This document shows, one piece after another, positions 1 to 7,503 of a DNA stretch of 38,704 nucleotides. The DNA comes from an uncultured bacterium (lineage in GTDB: Bacteria; DAOPZR01). The DNA is taken from contig CAZWUZ010000004.1 in the NCBI GenBank assembly GCA_964637655.1, forward strand, positions 1 through 38,704, read 5' to 3'. A program made the position numbers and the translations under genes. Under the pieces are notes generated by a model. The model saw nothing but the letters and a program-made list of their open reading frames with translations, ran no database searches and was not told the DNA's origin. The first letter of the stretch is position 1. Each line of letters opens with the position of its first letter.

Positions 1-90
1 CTGACAAACCTCGCCGCCCCATTCTGATAAACTTCGCCGGGTGATTCTGATAAACCTCGCTGACCGTTCTGAAAAACTTCGCTGGGCATT
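1..90. repeat. Four tandem 22-23 bp direct repeats (core CTGA[C/T/A]AAAC[C/T]TCGC), possibly continuing beyond the window edge
   Basis: Copies start at 1, 24, 47 and 69: ctgacaaacctcgc, ctgataaacttcgc, ctgataaacctcgc, ctgaaaaacttcgc. Confidence 0.8.
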
Positions 91-140
91 TCAAGGAATC
101 TTACCCCACGCAATCCGCATTATTGCATATCAACATTGTA

Positions 141-2708
141 TTACAAGCGTGGGTCGACGGGCTCGCTTTCGAGGGCGAGGACGCCAAACACACACTCGTG
201 GACGCGGCGGAGCGGCTCGCGGCGGACGAACCGCTCGAGCGCCTCAATGCCCAAAGCAAACTCGCGTAGCGCCAATGAACGTTTCGCGGCCAGGCCGCGG
301 GCGCGCAGGCGATCCAGATGCTGTGGCGCGGTGTATTCCGGGCCGTAGATGATGCGCAGATATTCGCGGCCGCGCACTTTGATTGCCGGCTGCACCAGTC
401 CGCGTGAGCCGCGCGCGATGAAGTCATGCGGTTTCACCACCATGCCTTCGCCGCCGGCAGCGGTCAGTTCCTCCCACCAGCGGGCCGCTGCCGCTTCCGC
501 CGACGGATCGGTGACGTCAAGCACCTGATACGGCGTGCGCAACAGCAGTTCCGGATCGGCGTCAGCCAGACGACCGAGCATGGTCATATGCCATTCGTGG
601 TCACGTGCCGTATGAACCGCATTCTCCGACGCCAGCAGATGGAACGGCGCAAGTTTCATATCCGTCAGTGCATCAACTTTCCAGCAATACCGGCGATAGG
701 CCGCCCGATACTGACTGACCATCTCCCGGCGTTCCAGCATGTGCTGCAGCAGTTCGCCCGCCTCGGGATAGCGGGCCGACGCCATCTGCAGGCATTCCGC
801 GGACGCGGTCAGCGCCCGCAACGCAGCATCCCCAACCGGCGCATACTGCTGGTGGAGCAAACTCTGCGCCTTGGCTGACCACGGCATGAGTTCCGCGTCG
901 AGACACAGCCAATCCGTCTGCAGTTCGTCCCAATAACCCGCAGTCGTAGCGGCTGCGACCAGGCGCTGTAGCATGGCGCGTTCGAGGTCGGGTTCGCTGA
1001 AGAACCGCCGGCCAGTGCGCGTATAGATGATGCCGCACCCCTCATCAACGATGCCGAAGCGGCGCCGCGCCGCCTCTTCGTCACGGCAGATAATCGCCAC
1101 GACCCGCGAGCCCATATGCTTCTGCTCGCAAATCACCCTTGCCACGCCCTGCTCGCGATAATACGCGAATGCTTCAGCCGGATATTCGAGGTACTCCGGC
1201 AGGGAACTGGTCGCGCAAGGCGACATGGTCGGCGGCAGATAGATCAGCCATTTGGGATTGGCCGAAAAGCGGCTGATTACTTCCAGCGCCGCGGTGGCAT
1301 TTTCCTCGCGCACCGTCACGGTACTCTTCAGCCGGGTGGTAATTATCCGTTTGCCGATAACATCCGCAAGATCAAGCATGTCATCCTGCTGCTGCTGCGC
1401 GCTGAGCGTGTCCGGTGCAGACACCGGCGTGAGCGGCCGTGCGGGAATTGCATAGGTCTGCCGCGCAGGCACGGCAACCAGTTCCTTTTCCGGATAGCGC
1501 AGTGCCGTCAGGCCGCCGCCAAACACACAACCGGTATCGATATTGATCGTCCGATTCAGCCATTCCGCCGCCGGCACCGGCGTGTGTCCGTACACCACCA
1601 TCGCGCGACCGCGGTATTCCTGCGCCCACGGATAGCGTACCGGCAGGCCATATTCATCGGTCTCGCCGGTCGTCTCGCCGTACAGGGCGAATTCCCGGAC
1701 CTTGCCGGAACCACGACCATGCATCGTCTCCGGCAAACCGGCATGCGCCACCACCAACCGCCCGTCATCGAGCACATAGTGGCTGACGAGATCATCGATA
1801 AACGCCTCAACGCGCGCCGTGAACGCCGGCGGCTCCTTGGCCAGTTGCGCCAGTGATTCAGCGAGGCCATGCGTTATCTGGGCATCCTTGCCACGCAGTT
1901 TCCGCAGCAGCCGGCTTTCATGGTTGCCGGGCACGCACAGGGCATTGCCCGATTCCGTCATGTCCATGACCAGCCGCAAGGTGCCGGCAATATCTGGGCC
2001 GCGATCAACCAGATCGCCAAGAAATACCGCCTTGCGCCCGGCGGGATGCGTCACCTGATAACGCGGGCCACTTTCCCCGGCTGACACCTCGCAGCGATAA
2101 CCAAGCCGCGCCAGCAGTTCGCACAATTCGGTCAGGCAGCCATGCACATCGCCGATTATGTCGAACGGTCCATGTTCGGCTTTCCGGTTATTCCATAGCG
2201 GCTCACGGGCCATAGTCACCGACGCCAACTCCTCCGGTGAGTTGAAGGTGAAAATATGGCGGAACCCCTCGCGCTGCAGGCCGCGGCGCGAACGCCGCAA
2301 CTGGCGGCATTGCTGCGGAATGACGTGCGGACCGAAGGCGCGGTCGGTGCGTGCGCGATTGCGGTCCTGACAGACCCTTTCCGGGAAATCGAGCACAATC
2401 GCCACCGGCAGACAATGATACGATCGCGCCAGCGCCACCAGCGGCCGTCGCGACTCCGGCTGGACATTCGTCGCGTCAATGACGGTCAGCCGGCCGGCCG
2501 CCAGGCGCCGGGCCGCGATAAAATGCAGCACGGCAAACGCATCGCCCGTGGCCGCCTGCGCGTTTTCATCGTCGGCAACCAGGCCGCGGCAGAAGTCGGA
2601 CGAGAGAATCTCCGTCGGCTTGAAATGCTGGCGCGCCCAGGTCGATTTGCCGGCGCCCGACGGGCCGATAAGCACCACCAGCGCCAGTTCGGGAATGGTC
2701 ACACGCAT
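141..2708 (-). CDS. pnkp: Polynucleotide kinase-phosphatase-ligase Pnkp (RNA repair)
   Basis: 855 aa; P-loop GPSGAGKST, metallophosphoesterase motifs GDVHG/GDLVDRG/GNHE, ligase motif EQKHMGSR, C-terminus ALESEPVDPRL; overlaps the hen1 stop. Confidence 0.95.
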   Translation of the reverse strand: MRVTIPELALVVLIGPSGAGKSTWARQHFKPTEILSSDFCRGLVADDENAQAATGDAFAVLHFIAARRLAAGRLTVIDATNVQPESRRPLVALARSYHCLPVAIVLDFPERVCQDRNRARTDRAFGPHVIPQQCRQLRRSRRGLQREGFRHIFTFNSPEELASVTMAREPLWNNRKAEHGPFDIIGDVHGCLTELCELLARLGYRCEVSAGESGPRYQVTHPAGRKAVFLGDLVDRGPDIAGTLRLVMDMTESGNALCVPGNHESRLLRKLRGKDAQITHGLAESLAQLAKEPPAFTARVEAFIDDLVSHYVLDDGRLVVAHAGLPETMHGRGSGKVREFALYGETTGETDEYGLPVRYPWAQEYRGRAMVVYGHTPVPAAEWLNRTINIDTGCVFGGGLTALRYPEKELVAVPARQTYAIPARPLTPVSAPDTLSAQQQQDDMLDLADVIGKRIITTRLKSTVTVREENATAALEVISRFSANPKWLIYLPPTMSPCATSSLPEYLEYPAEAFAYYREQGVARVICEQKHMGSRVVAIICRDEEAARRRFGIVDEGCGIIYTRTGRRFFSEPDLERAMLQRLVAAATTAGYWDELQTDWLCLDAELMPWSAKAQSLLHQQYAPVGDAALRALTASAECLQMASARYPEAGELLQHMLERREMVSQYRAAYRRYCWKVDALTDMKLAPFHLLASENAVHTARDHEWHMTMLGRLADADPELLLRTPYQVLDVTDPSAEAAAARWWEELTAAGGEGMVVKPHDFIARGSRGLVQPAIKVRGREYLRIIYGPEYTAPQHLDRLRARGLAAKRSLALREFALGIEALERFVRREPLRRVHECVFGVLALESEPVDPRL

Positions 2709-4099
2709 CGCGAGAACACTCCCATCTGGGTCGGAGCACCAACTTCATTGTCGAGCGAACCGACGGGCAGCATCCGCACCGTATACCCACAGCGCCCGGC
2801 AATGGCCGAACACCACGCCGCGAATTCATCGCGCCGCCATTCGAAACGATGGTCGCGATGGCGCAGATTCCCTGCCACCAGGCCGGCAAAACGGACGTTG
2901 TATTCGGCATTCGGCGTGGTAACGATGACGGTGCCAGGCCGGGCAAACTCAAATACCGACCGTTCGCACGCCGCCAGGCGCGGCGGGTCAAGATGCTCAA
3001 TGACCTCGACCAGGGCTGCGGCATCAAACCCGGCCAGACGCTGATCGCGATAGAGCAGCGACCCGTGCAGCAGGCGCACCTGCTTGCGCCGCGATTCCGG
3101 CAGGCGGTCCAGATGCAGGCGTTCCGCCGCCATAGCCAGCGAACGGTGCGAGACATCCATCCCGACAATCTCCTCGCTGCAGCGCGCGGCAAGCAATGCC
3201 TGAATAAGTTTCCCTTCACCACATCCCAGATCAAGCACCCGCCTGGCACCGCATTGGCGGATAACCGCAACCACTGCACCCAACCGCTCGTCGTTCAACC
3301 GCAGCGGCTGTTCGATTTTCTCTTCAGTGGCAGCTGGAGTTGCCGTATCCGGTTCCGGCTGATCTTCGTCCATCAGCCGGGCCAGCGCGGCGCGCGCCAA
3401 TCGCCCCTGATGCTTGAGATAGCGCCGCGCGATCTGCTCGCGTTCCGGGTGACCAGCCAGCCAACCCTCGCCATGCCGCAGCAGTTTTTCCACTTCATCT
3501 TCCGTCACCCAATAGTGCTTTTCATCATCCAGTACGGGGATGAGCACATAAAGGTGCGAGAGCAGGTCGCATAACCGGAGCGTCCCCTGCAAAGTGACGG
3601 ACAGATATGGCGATCTGCCCCAGTCAGGGAACTGTTCGTCAAGCGGCCCGCCAGTGGCGGTGACCGTATAGCCCAGCGGTTCGAACAGCCGCCGCAGCAA
3701 CCCCTCGCCACCACGGCAGGGCAATACCGGCAGGGTGGCGGTCAAGGGGAGCGCCTGTTCAGCCAGTTCCGCCCGCGCCGCGCAGTTCCCGGCCAGGGCT
3801 GTGCCAAAAACGCGCGCAATCGCCACGGAAAGGAATGAAGTCGCCGCATACGGCCGGTCATTGACATACTGGTCGAGCAAGCCGTCGGTACCGGCCGGCC
3901 CGCGACTATTGCGCACCAGTCCCACCGGGTCAACATCAAGCAGCAACGCCACCGTGCAGCATGCGTCACCGGTTTCCGGATAAAACACCTGCGCCCGGCC
4001 AAACGGCAACTCGAAGGTTTGCAGGCGTTGCGGGTGTTTGTGCAGCAGATACCCGAGATCGGTCGCCGGCGCCCGTGTCAGAGTAATGGTCAGCAGCAT
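2699..4099 (-). CDS. hen1: Hen1 3'-terminal RNA ribose 2'-O-methyltransferase
   Basis: 466 aa; N-terminus MLLTITLTRAPATDLGYLLHKHP, SAM motif VLDLGCGEG, EVIEH, RHRDHRFEW; directly upstream of pnkp. Confidence 0.95.
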   Translation of the reverse strand: MLLTITLTRAPATDLGYLLHKHPQRLQTFELPFGRAQVFYPETGDACCTVALLLDVDPVGLVRNSRGPAGTDGLLDQYVNDRPYAATSFLSVAIARVFGTALAGNCAARAELAEQALPLTATLPVLPCRGGEGLLRRLFEPLGYTVTATGGPLDEQFPDWGRSPYLSVTLQGTLRLCDLLSHLYVLIPVLDDEKHYWVTEDEVEKLLRHGEGWLAGHPEREQIARRYLKHQGRLARAALARLMDEDQPEPDTATPAATEEKIEQPLRLNDERLGAVVAVIRQCGARRVLDLGCGEGKLIQALLAARCSEEIVGMDVSHRSLAMAAERLHLDRLPESRRKQVRLLHGSLLYRDQRLAGFDAAALVEVIEHLDPPRLAACERSVFEFARPGTVIVTTPNAEYNVRFAGLVAGNLRHRDHRFEWRRDEFAAWCSAIAGRCGYTVRMLPVGSLDNEVGAPTQMGVFSRCV

Positions 4100-4137
4100 C
4101 CGGCGTTCCTCCCCGCGGTATCGGTCAGATAATCGTC

Positions 4138-4166
4138 AGTATACTATCGCCCTTTCTGACAGGCAA
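4138..4166 (-). promoter_or_regulatory. Sigma70-like promoter for hen1-pnkp
   Basis: Minus strand TTGCCT (4166-4161) - 17 bp - TATACT (4143-4138), followed by GGAGG before the ATG at 4099. Confidence 0.65.
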
Positions 4167-4225
4167 CCGCGCTGTGATAAGACAGGGTCATGGTTCTGAC
4201 GCCGCTTCGAGTTGCAATATTTCCC

Positions 4226-4480
4226 GGCGGGATAAAAACAGGGAGACGGGCCCAGTGCCCAGAAGAGTGCTGTGCCTTGAGCGCTGAGGACTGTGCGCTG
4301 TGTGATGGGTGCATGAGTAGTGACAATTGAGGATTGCCTCGTTCCCGAGTGGTCTCCTCTTCCTTGTCGGGTACACCCGGTTTTACCCGGGCGTACAATA
4401 CTCATCTCACCATCCACATTTGGCGCGGGGATGTGGTCCCCGTCCCCCCTGTGTCAGCGGGAGAAACACCGCAACCCGCC
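4226..4480 (-). ncRNA. Candidate structured ncRNA (~255 nt) with 7-nt repeats
   Basis: Nested stems 4480-4475/4231-4226, 4452-4439/4250-4238 and 4414-4399/4319-4304; hairpins at 4371-4396, 4414-4436, 4329-4340 and 4457-4472; G-U pairs work only on the minus strand; heptamer repeats at 4268-4302. Confidence 0.6.
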
Positions 4481-4497
4481 CCCCTGCTTACTGCCCG

Positions 4498-5001
4498 TTA
4501 TTTGATATCGGGGCAGGAAGTCGTGAACGCGAAGGCATTCAGGCTCTCCTGCAGGCTTTCGATGCGCGCTTTGAGTGCGGTGATGCGCGCATCCCGCTGC
4601 ACTTCCCCGATACTGACCGTCATGGGCATTTCCTTTTTGATTTCACGCCAGCGTTCCCGCTCGGCGTCATAGACCTCTTCGATTTCCTTTTCCGGTTCGT
4701 CATTGATATCCAGTTTGCGGAGCCATGCGATTTCCGCCTTGGCTTCCGCCAGGGCATAGATCATGTAGGGGATGCTCGTTTCGACCGCCGCGGTCGTGTT
4801 CCCCGCATTCGCCAGGGCGATGCCGGCCTTGACCAGCGCGAGCTTGTTGCGCTTGGCATCCAGTTGTGCCAGTTGCGCGTCGAAATCGAATTTCAGTACT
4901 TTGCTGGCCCGACGGCGGTTGTGCACCGCCAGTTTCACTTCCAGTTCACGGATTTCACCCGTGAGAGTGTTTTTCAGTTTCAACGCCGTAGAGATTTTCA
5001 T
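4498..5001 (-). CDS. Coiled-coil protein resembling the DIP1984-like/DUF6847 family (167 aa)
   Basis: Starts MKISTALKLKNTLTGEIRELE after SD AGGGGG; heptad helices; C-terminus RIESLQESLNAFAFTT; family resemblance recalled from memory. Confidence 0.65.
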   Translation of the reverse strand: MKISTALKLKNTLTGEIRELEVKLAVHNRRRASKVLKFDFDAQLAQLDAKRNKLALVKAGIALANAGNTTAAVETSIPYMIYALAEAKAEIAWLRKLDINDEPEKEIEEVYDAERERWREIKKEMPMTVSIGEVQRDARITALKARIESLQESLNAFAFTTSCPDIK

Positions 5002-5130
5002 GTGTGCCCCCTGGCCCGTTATTATTCTTCCCTTGCCTGCTGCTATATACGCCGCGCTGCCGGCGTTTGTTGCAATGTTTGTGCCGGTGCTCGTGCCAGC
5101 GCCTTGCCTGCGCTGTCTGTTATTCCTCAA

Positions 5131-5167
5131 AATGTACCACAACATACGTTTCCGTCAAGTGTCTTTT
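5131..5167 (-). promoter_or_regulatory. Sigma70-like promoter, twin copy 1
   Basis: AAAAGACAC-TTGACG (5158-5153) - 16 bp - TACATT (5136-5131) with extended -10 TG. Confidence 0.65.
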
Positions 5168-5217
5168 CTTATTCGATGAGCGGGTGAAGACATTCCGCCC
5201 AGGTGAATCTGAACTTC

Positions 5218-5253
5218 ATGACAGGACGCCGTACCGTGCTGGCGTCCTGTCAT
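5218..5253. other. Perfect 13-bp stem hairpin, possible terminator or processing site
   Basis: atgacaggacgcc (5218-5230) / ggcgtcctgtcat (5241-5253); no clear U-tract. Confidence 0.5.
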
Positions 5254-5284
5254 TCAGTCCCTGGTTGCCCCCTCCTGCCGCGGG

Positions 5285-5500
5285 TTACGCCGCGGCTTGT
5301 TTTGTTGCAGCGGCCTGCAATGTGGCCAGCTGCCTGGCGTTGACGTGTCTGGTCTGTGACGTGCAGCTACCGTCCGGGTTTGTGGTATGAATGATGATCT
5401 GGCAGAGTGGAAAGCTGTCGTTTTTCAGTTTGTAGAGTTGACGAGCCTTCACCTGCCGCTTTGTCCAGTATGATACTACGGTGATGGTCGTGTTCGTCAT
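5285..5500 (-). CDS. Small hypothetical protein (71 aa)
   Basis: SD GAGGTG; ATGA overlap with the upstream micro-ORF. Confidence 0.55.
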   Translation of the reverse strand: MTNTTITVVSYWTKRQVKARQLYKLKNDSFPLCQIIIHTTNPDGSCTSQTRHVNARQLATLQAAATKQAAA

Positions 5501-5616
5501 GGTCTGTTCACCTCATTTATCATGGCGTTCCCGTCGCTCTCTATGGCCGCGCGACCGGTAATGCCGGAACAGCGGGCAGCCGACACCCCGGTTGTCAAAG
5601 ATCTTGCCGTCAGCAT
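5497..5616 (-). CDS. Micro-ORF (39 aa, MLTARSLTTGVSAARCSG...VNRP), not in the ORF track
   Basis: TGATG overlap with the upstream stop and ATGA overlap with the downstream start. Confidence 0.4.
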   Translation of the reverse strand: MLTARSLTTGVSAARCSGITGRAAIESDGNAMINEVNRP

Positions 5617-5807
5617 CAGACGGGCATCTCCCGGTACTTCCGGGCATACTCCGCCATGTAGGCGGGATGCTTTTCCCGCCAGCGGCGGTCATACGCCTGT
5701 TTGTACTGCCGCCGCGCAGCGGTACGACACTGCGACGAGCAGTACTGCTGATTCCTGTGTCCTGCGGTGGGTTGGAAAACCGCGCCGCAAAGCCGGCAGC
5801 AACTCAC
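5616..5807 (-). CDS. Small Cys-rich (putative Zn-binding) basic protein (63 aa)
   Basis: SD AAGGAGG plus GTG; CRLC...YCSSQC motif followed by an Arg/Lys/Tyr-rich helix. Confidence 0.6.
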   Translation of the reverse strand: MSCCRLCGAVFQPTAGHRNQQYCSSQCRTAARRQYKQAYDRRWREKHPAYMAEYARKYREMPV

Positions 5808-5986
5808 GATTACGCCTCCTTCGGACCTCGCCGTTCACGTTCAGGTCGGTGTACAGCAACCGACACCTCCCGCGTTCAGCGTCTCAGTCCGATCTCAGCG
5901 CTACGTGTGTCGCATGGCTTTGCGCGCTCCTGTGTACGGCCTCGCGGCCGAAGTGGCGCCGGGTGGCCCCGGCGCGTGCTGCTCAC

Positions 5987-6023
5987 ATTCTACCACAAAC
6001 TTTCACATCGTCAAGTGTCTTTT
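5987..6023 (-). promoter_or_regulatory. Sigma70-like promoter, twin copy 2
   Basis: AAAAGACAC-TTGACG (6014-6009) - 16 bp - TAGAAT (5992-5987) with extended -10 TG. Confidence 0.7.
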
Positions 6024-6093
6024 TGCAGCATTCCAGACGGCACCCGGATTTGTCTTCGCCCTTCACTTACATATACCGTCCAGATGCGCGTCT

Positions 6094-6115
6094 CGTTGCA
6101 AATATATTTGCAACG
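6094..6115. promoter_or_regulatory. Perfect 22-bp palindrome, putative operator
   Basis: CGTTGCAAATATATTTGCAACG, between divergent transcription units. Confidence 0.55.
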
Positions 6116-6168
6116 CTGGCCACAGTTGTTCCGTAAAATATGATAGAGGCCGCAAAGGAGGGACACAC

Positions 6169-6402
6169 ATGGATTTCTTTCGGGAACACTTGAACAGCTT
6201 TCTGCTTTCTGTATTTCTATGGGCCGGGTCGCGCCTCTTCCCGGTTATCATTGTCGACACCCCGGAAGGCGAGGACGATGCCCTGCGCAACGTTCACTTT
6301 TCACTTTCCGAAGTCGATTTTGAGCGCTCAATATCGACGCACTACTGGGAGGCAGTCGAGAGTCGCAAAGCGCGGATGGCGGAGACCGTGCGTGAAGAAT
6401 AA
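6169..6402 (+). CDS. Hypothetical protein (77 aa)
   Basis: SD AAGGAGGG, ATG at 6169 (MDFFREHL...); overlaps the next gene. Confidence 0.55.
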   Translation: MDFFREHLNSFLLSVFLWAGSRLFPVIIVDTPEGEDDALRNVHFSLSEVDFERSISTHYWEAVESRKARMAETVREE

Positions 6403-6793
6403 ACCGGGAAACGCGGCATGGACGAATCGCAACCTGATATCCACCAATGACTGGTCAAATCGGGCATCACAGAAACTGTATGAACAATTCCGTGACCCGA
6501 ACCGGCGGGATATTCAACACCTCAAACAACTGTACGAGAGTGGTCGTCAATGCGGCGGTTGTTCATTTTTCGCCCCCTTCAACAGTGACTGGGGCCTGTG
6601 CTGCCATCCGCGGTCACCCCATCATCTGGAAACCGTGTTCGAGCATTTCACCTGCGCCGCGTTCGTCAATGAAGGGTGGCAGTCGCACAGTTTCTGCGAA
6701 CATCCCGAACAGCATGTGCTGCCCGATCCAATTCGACGCTCCCGCCAAGTAAAGGGCGACAAGCGCAATTCCAGACGGGCAAAACGCCGCTGA
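6392..6793 (+). CDS. Cys/His-rich protein, DUF3027-like metal-binding motif (133 aa)
   Basis: GTG at 6392; CGGCSFFAPFNSDWGLCCHPRSPHHLETVFEHFTC. Confidence 0.6.
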   Translation: MKNKPGNAAWTNRNLISTNDWSNRASQKLYEQFRDPNRRDIQHLKQLYESGRQCGGCSFFAPFNSDWGLCCHPRSPHHLETVFEHFTCAAFVNEGWQSHSFCEHPEQHVLPDPIRRSRQVKGDKRNSRRAKRR

Positions 6794-7044
6794 AGTAGTC
6801 ACTATCGGCCGTCAACCTGTTCTCCTTGGTGTTCTGTTGTAAATATCCACTCGCCCGTATATAATCCTGTCATGACGCTATTTCCCCCCACCGCTGGTCG
6901 GTGATTACCTGATCTGTTCGGTGCCGGTAACCAGTTGAATCCGCTCAAGGGACCGTCACGCAATATTGTTCATCATACTGAACACTCCCCGCCACTTCCC
7001 GGATTATGTTCATTACGATGAACTGATCCTGCCGCCACGTTCCT

Positions 7045-7116
7045 GTCCGGCACGCACGCGGCTATCGCGCGCTTGGTTGCCGGCCTGACAGCGCCGCCAA
7101 GCCCTCGCTTTTCTGA
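7045..7116 (+). pseudogene. Helicase C-terminal relic, copy C
   Basis: VRHARGYRALGCRPDSAAKPSLF*, homologous to the ends of 7357-7482 and 8883-9008. Confidence 0.55.
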
Positions 7117-7172
7117 ACCTGTCTGCCACGTGCGTTTTACGTCAGTTTTGCGCCAGTTGTTGATGCACTGGG

Positions 7173-7319
7173 ATCGTGGTGGAGGATGTCATCGCCGTGC
7201 TCGCTGACTCCACTAATCCCAAGTAGTATCTGCAACGCATGAAGTTGCGTGATCCTGAATTGGCGCAAGGGTATGTACAATTTGTACATACCCTTGCGGT
7301 GCCGACCGCGGACGGACCG
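7173..7319 (+). pseudogene. Bro-N (antirepressor-like) domain fragment
   Basis: IVVEDVIAVLADSTNPK*YLQRMKLRDPELAQGYVQFVHTLAVPTADG; in-frame TAG at 7224-7226. Confidence 0.65.
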
Positions 7320-7356
7320 CTCTTTCCGAGAGAGGTCTGCACCGGCTGAATAGTTG

Positions 7357-7482
7357 CTGCGCATCTACGATTATGTCGACCGTGCCGTGCCGATACTGCG
7401 CTGGATGTTTGCCCGGCGCGAACGCGACCATCGCGCGCCTGGCTACCGGCCAGACATCGCTGCCGAACCCTCGCTTTTCTGA
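7357..7482 (+). pseudogene. DEAD/DEAH (Res/TOTE-like) helicase C-terminal relic, copy A
   Basis: LRIYDYVDRAVPILRWMFARRERDHRAPGY...; out-of-frame LHRL just upstream; resembles the GRLHR..RIYDYVD..VP.L.RM..R..GY tail. Confidence 0.6.
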
Positions 7483-7503
7483 ATAATTGCTGGAGTTTCT
7501 GCT

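Noticed and set aside
1-90. Possible CRISPR array
   Set aside because: Period is only 22-23 bp with ~8-bp variable parts, too short for repeat-spacer units; no cas genes in the window
4136-4417. Short ORFs across the candidate ncRNA
   Set aside because: No recognisable motif, they run over the hen1 promoter region, and nested base-pairing explains the sequence better
5002-5145. 48-aa N-terminal extension of the coiled-coil ORF
   Set aside because: It overlaps the predicted promoter; a good SD precedes the ATG at 5001
6872-7044. Gene behind the TTGTAA/TATAAT promoter
   Set aside because: The frame stops after 10 codons and I cannot recognise the remnant
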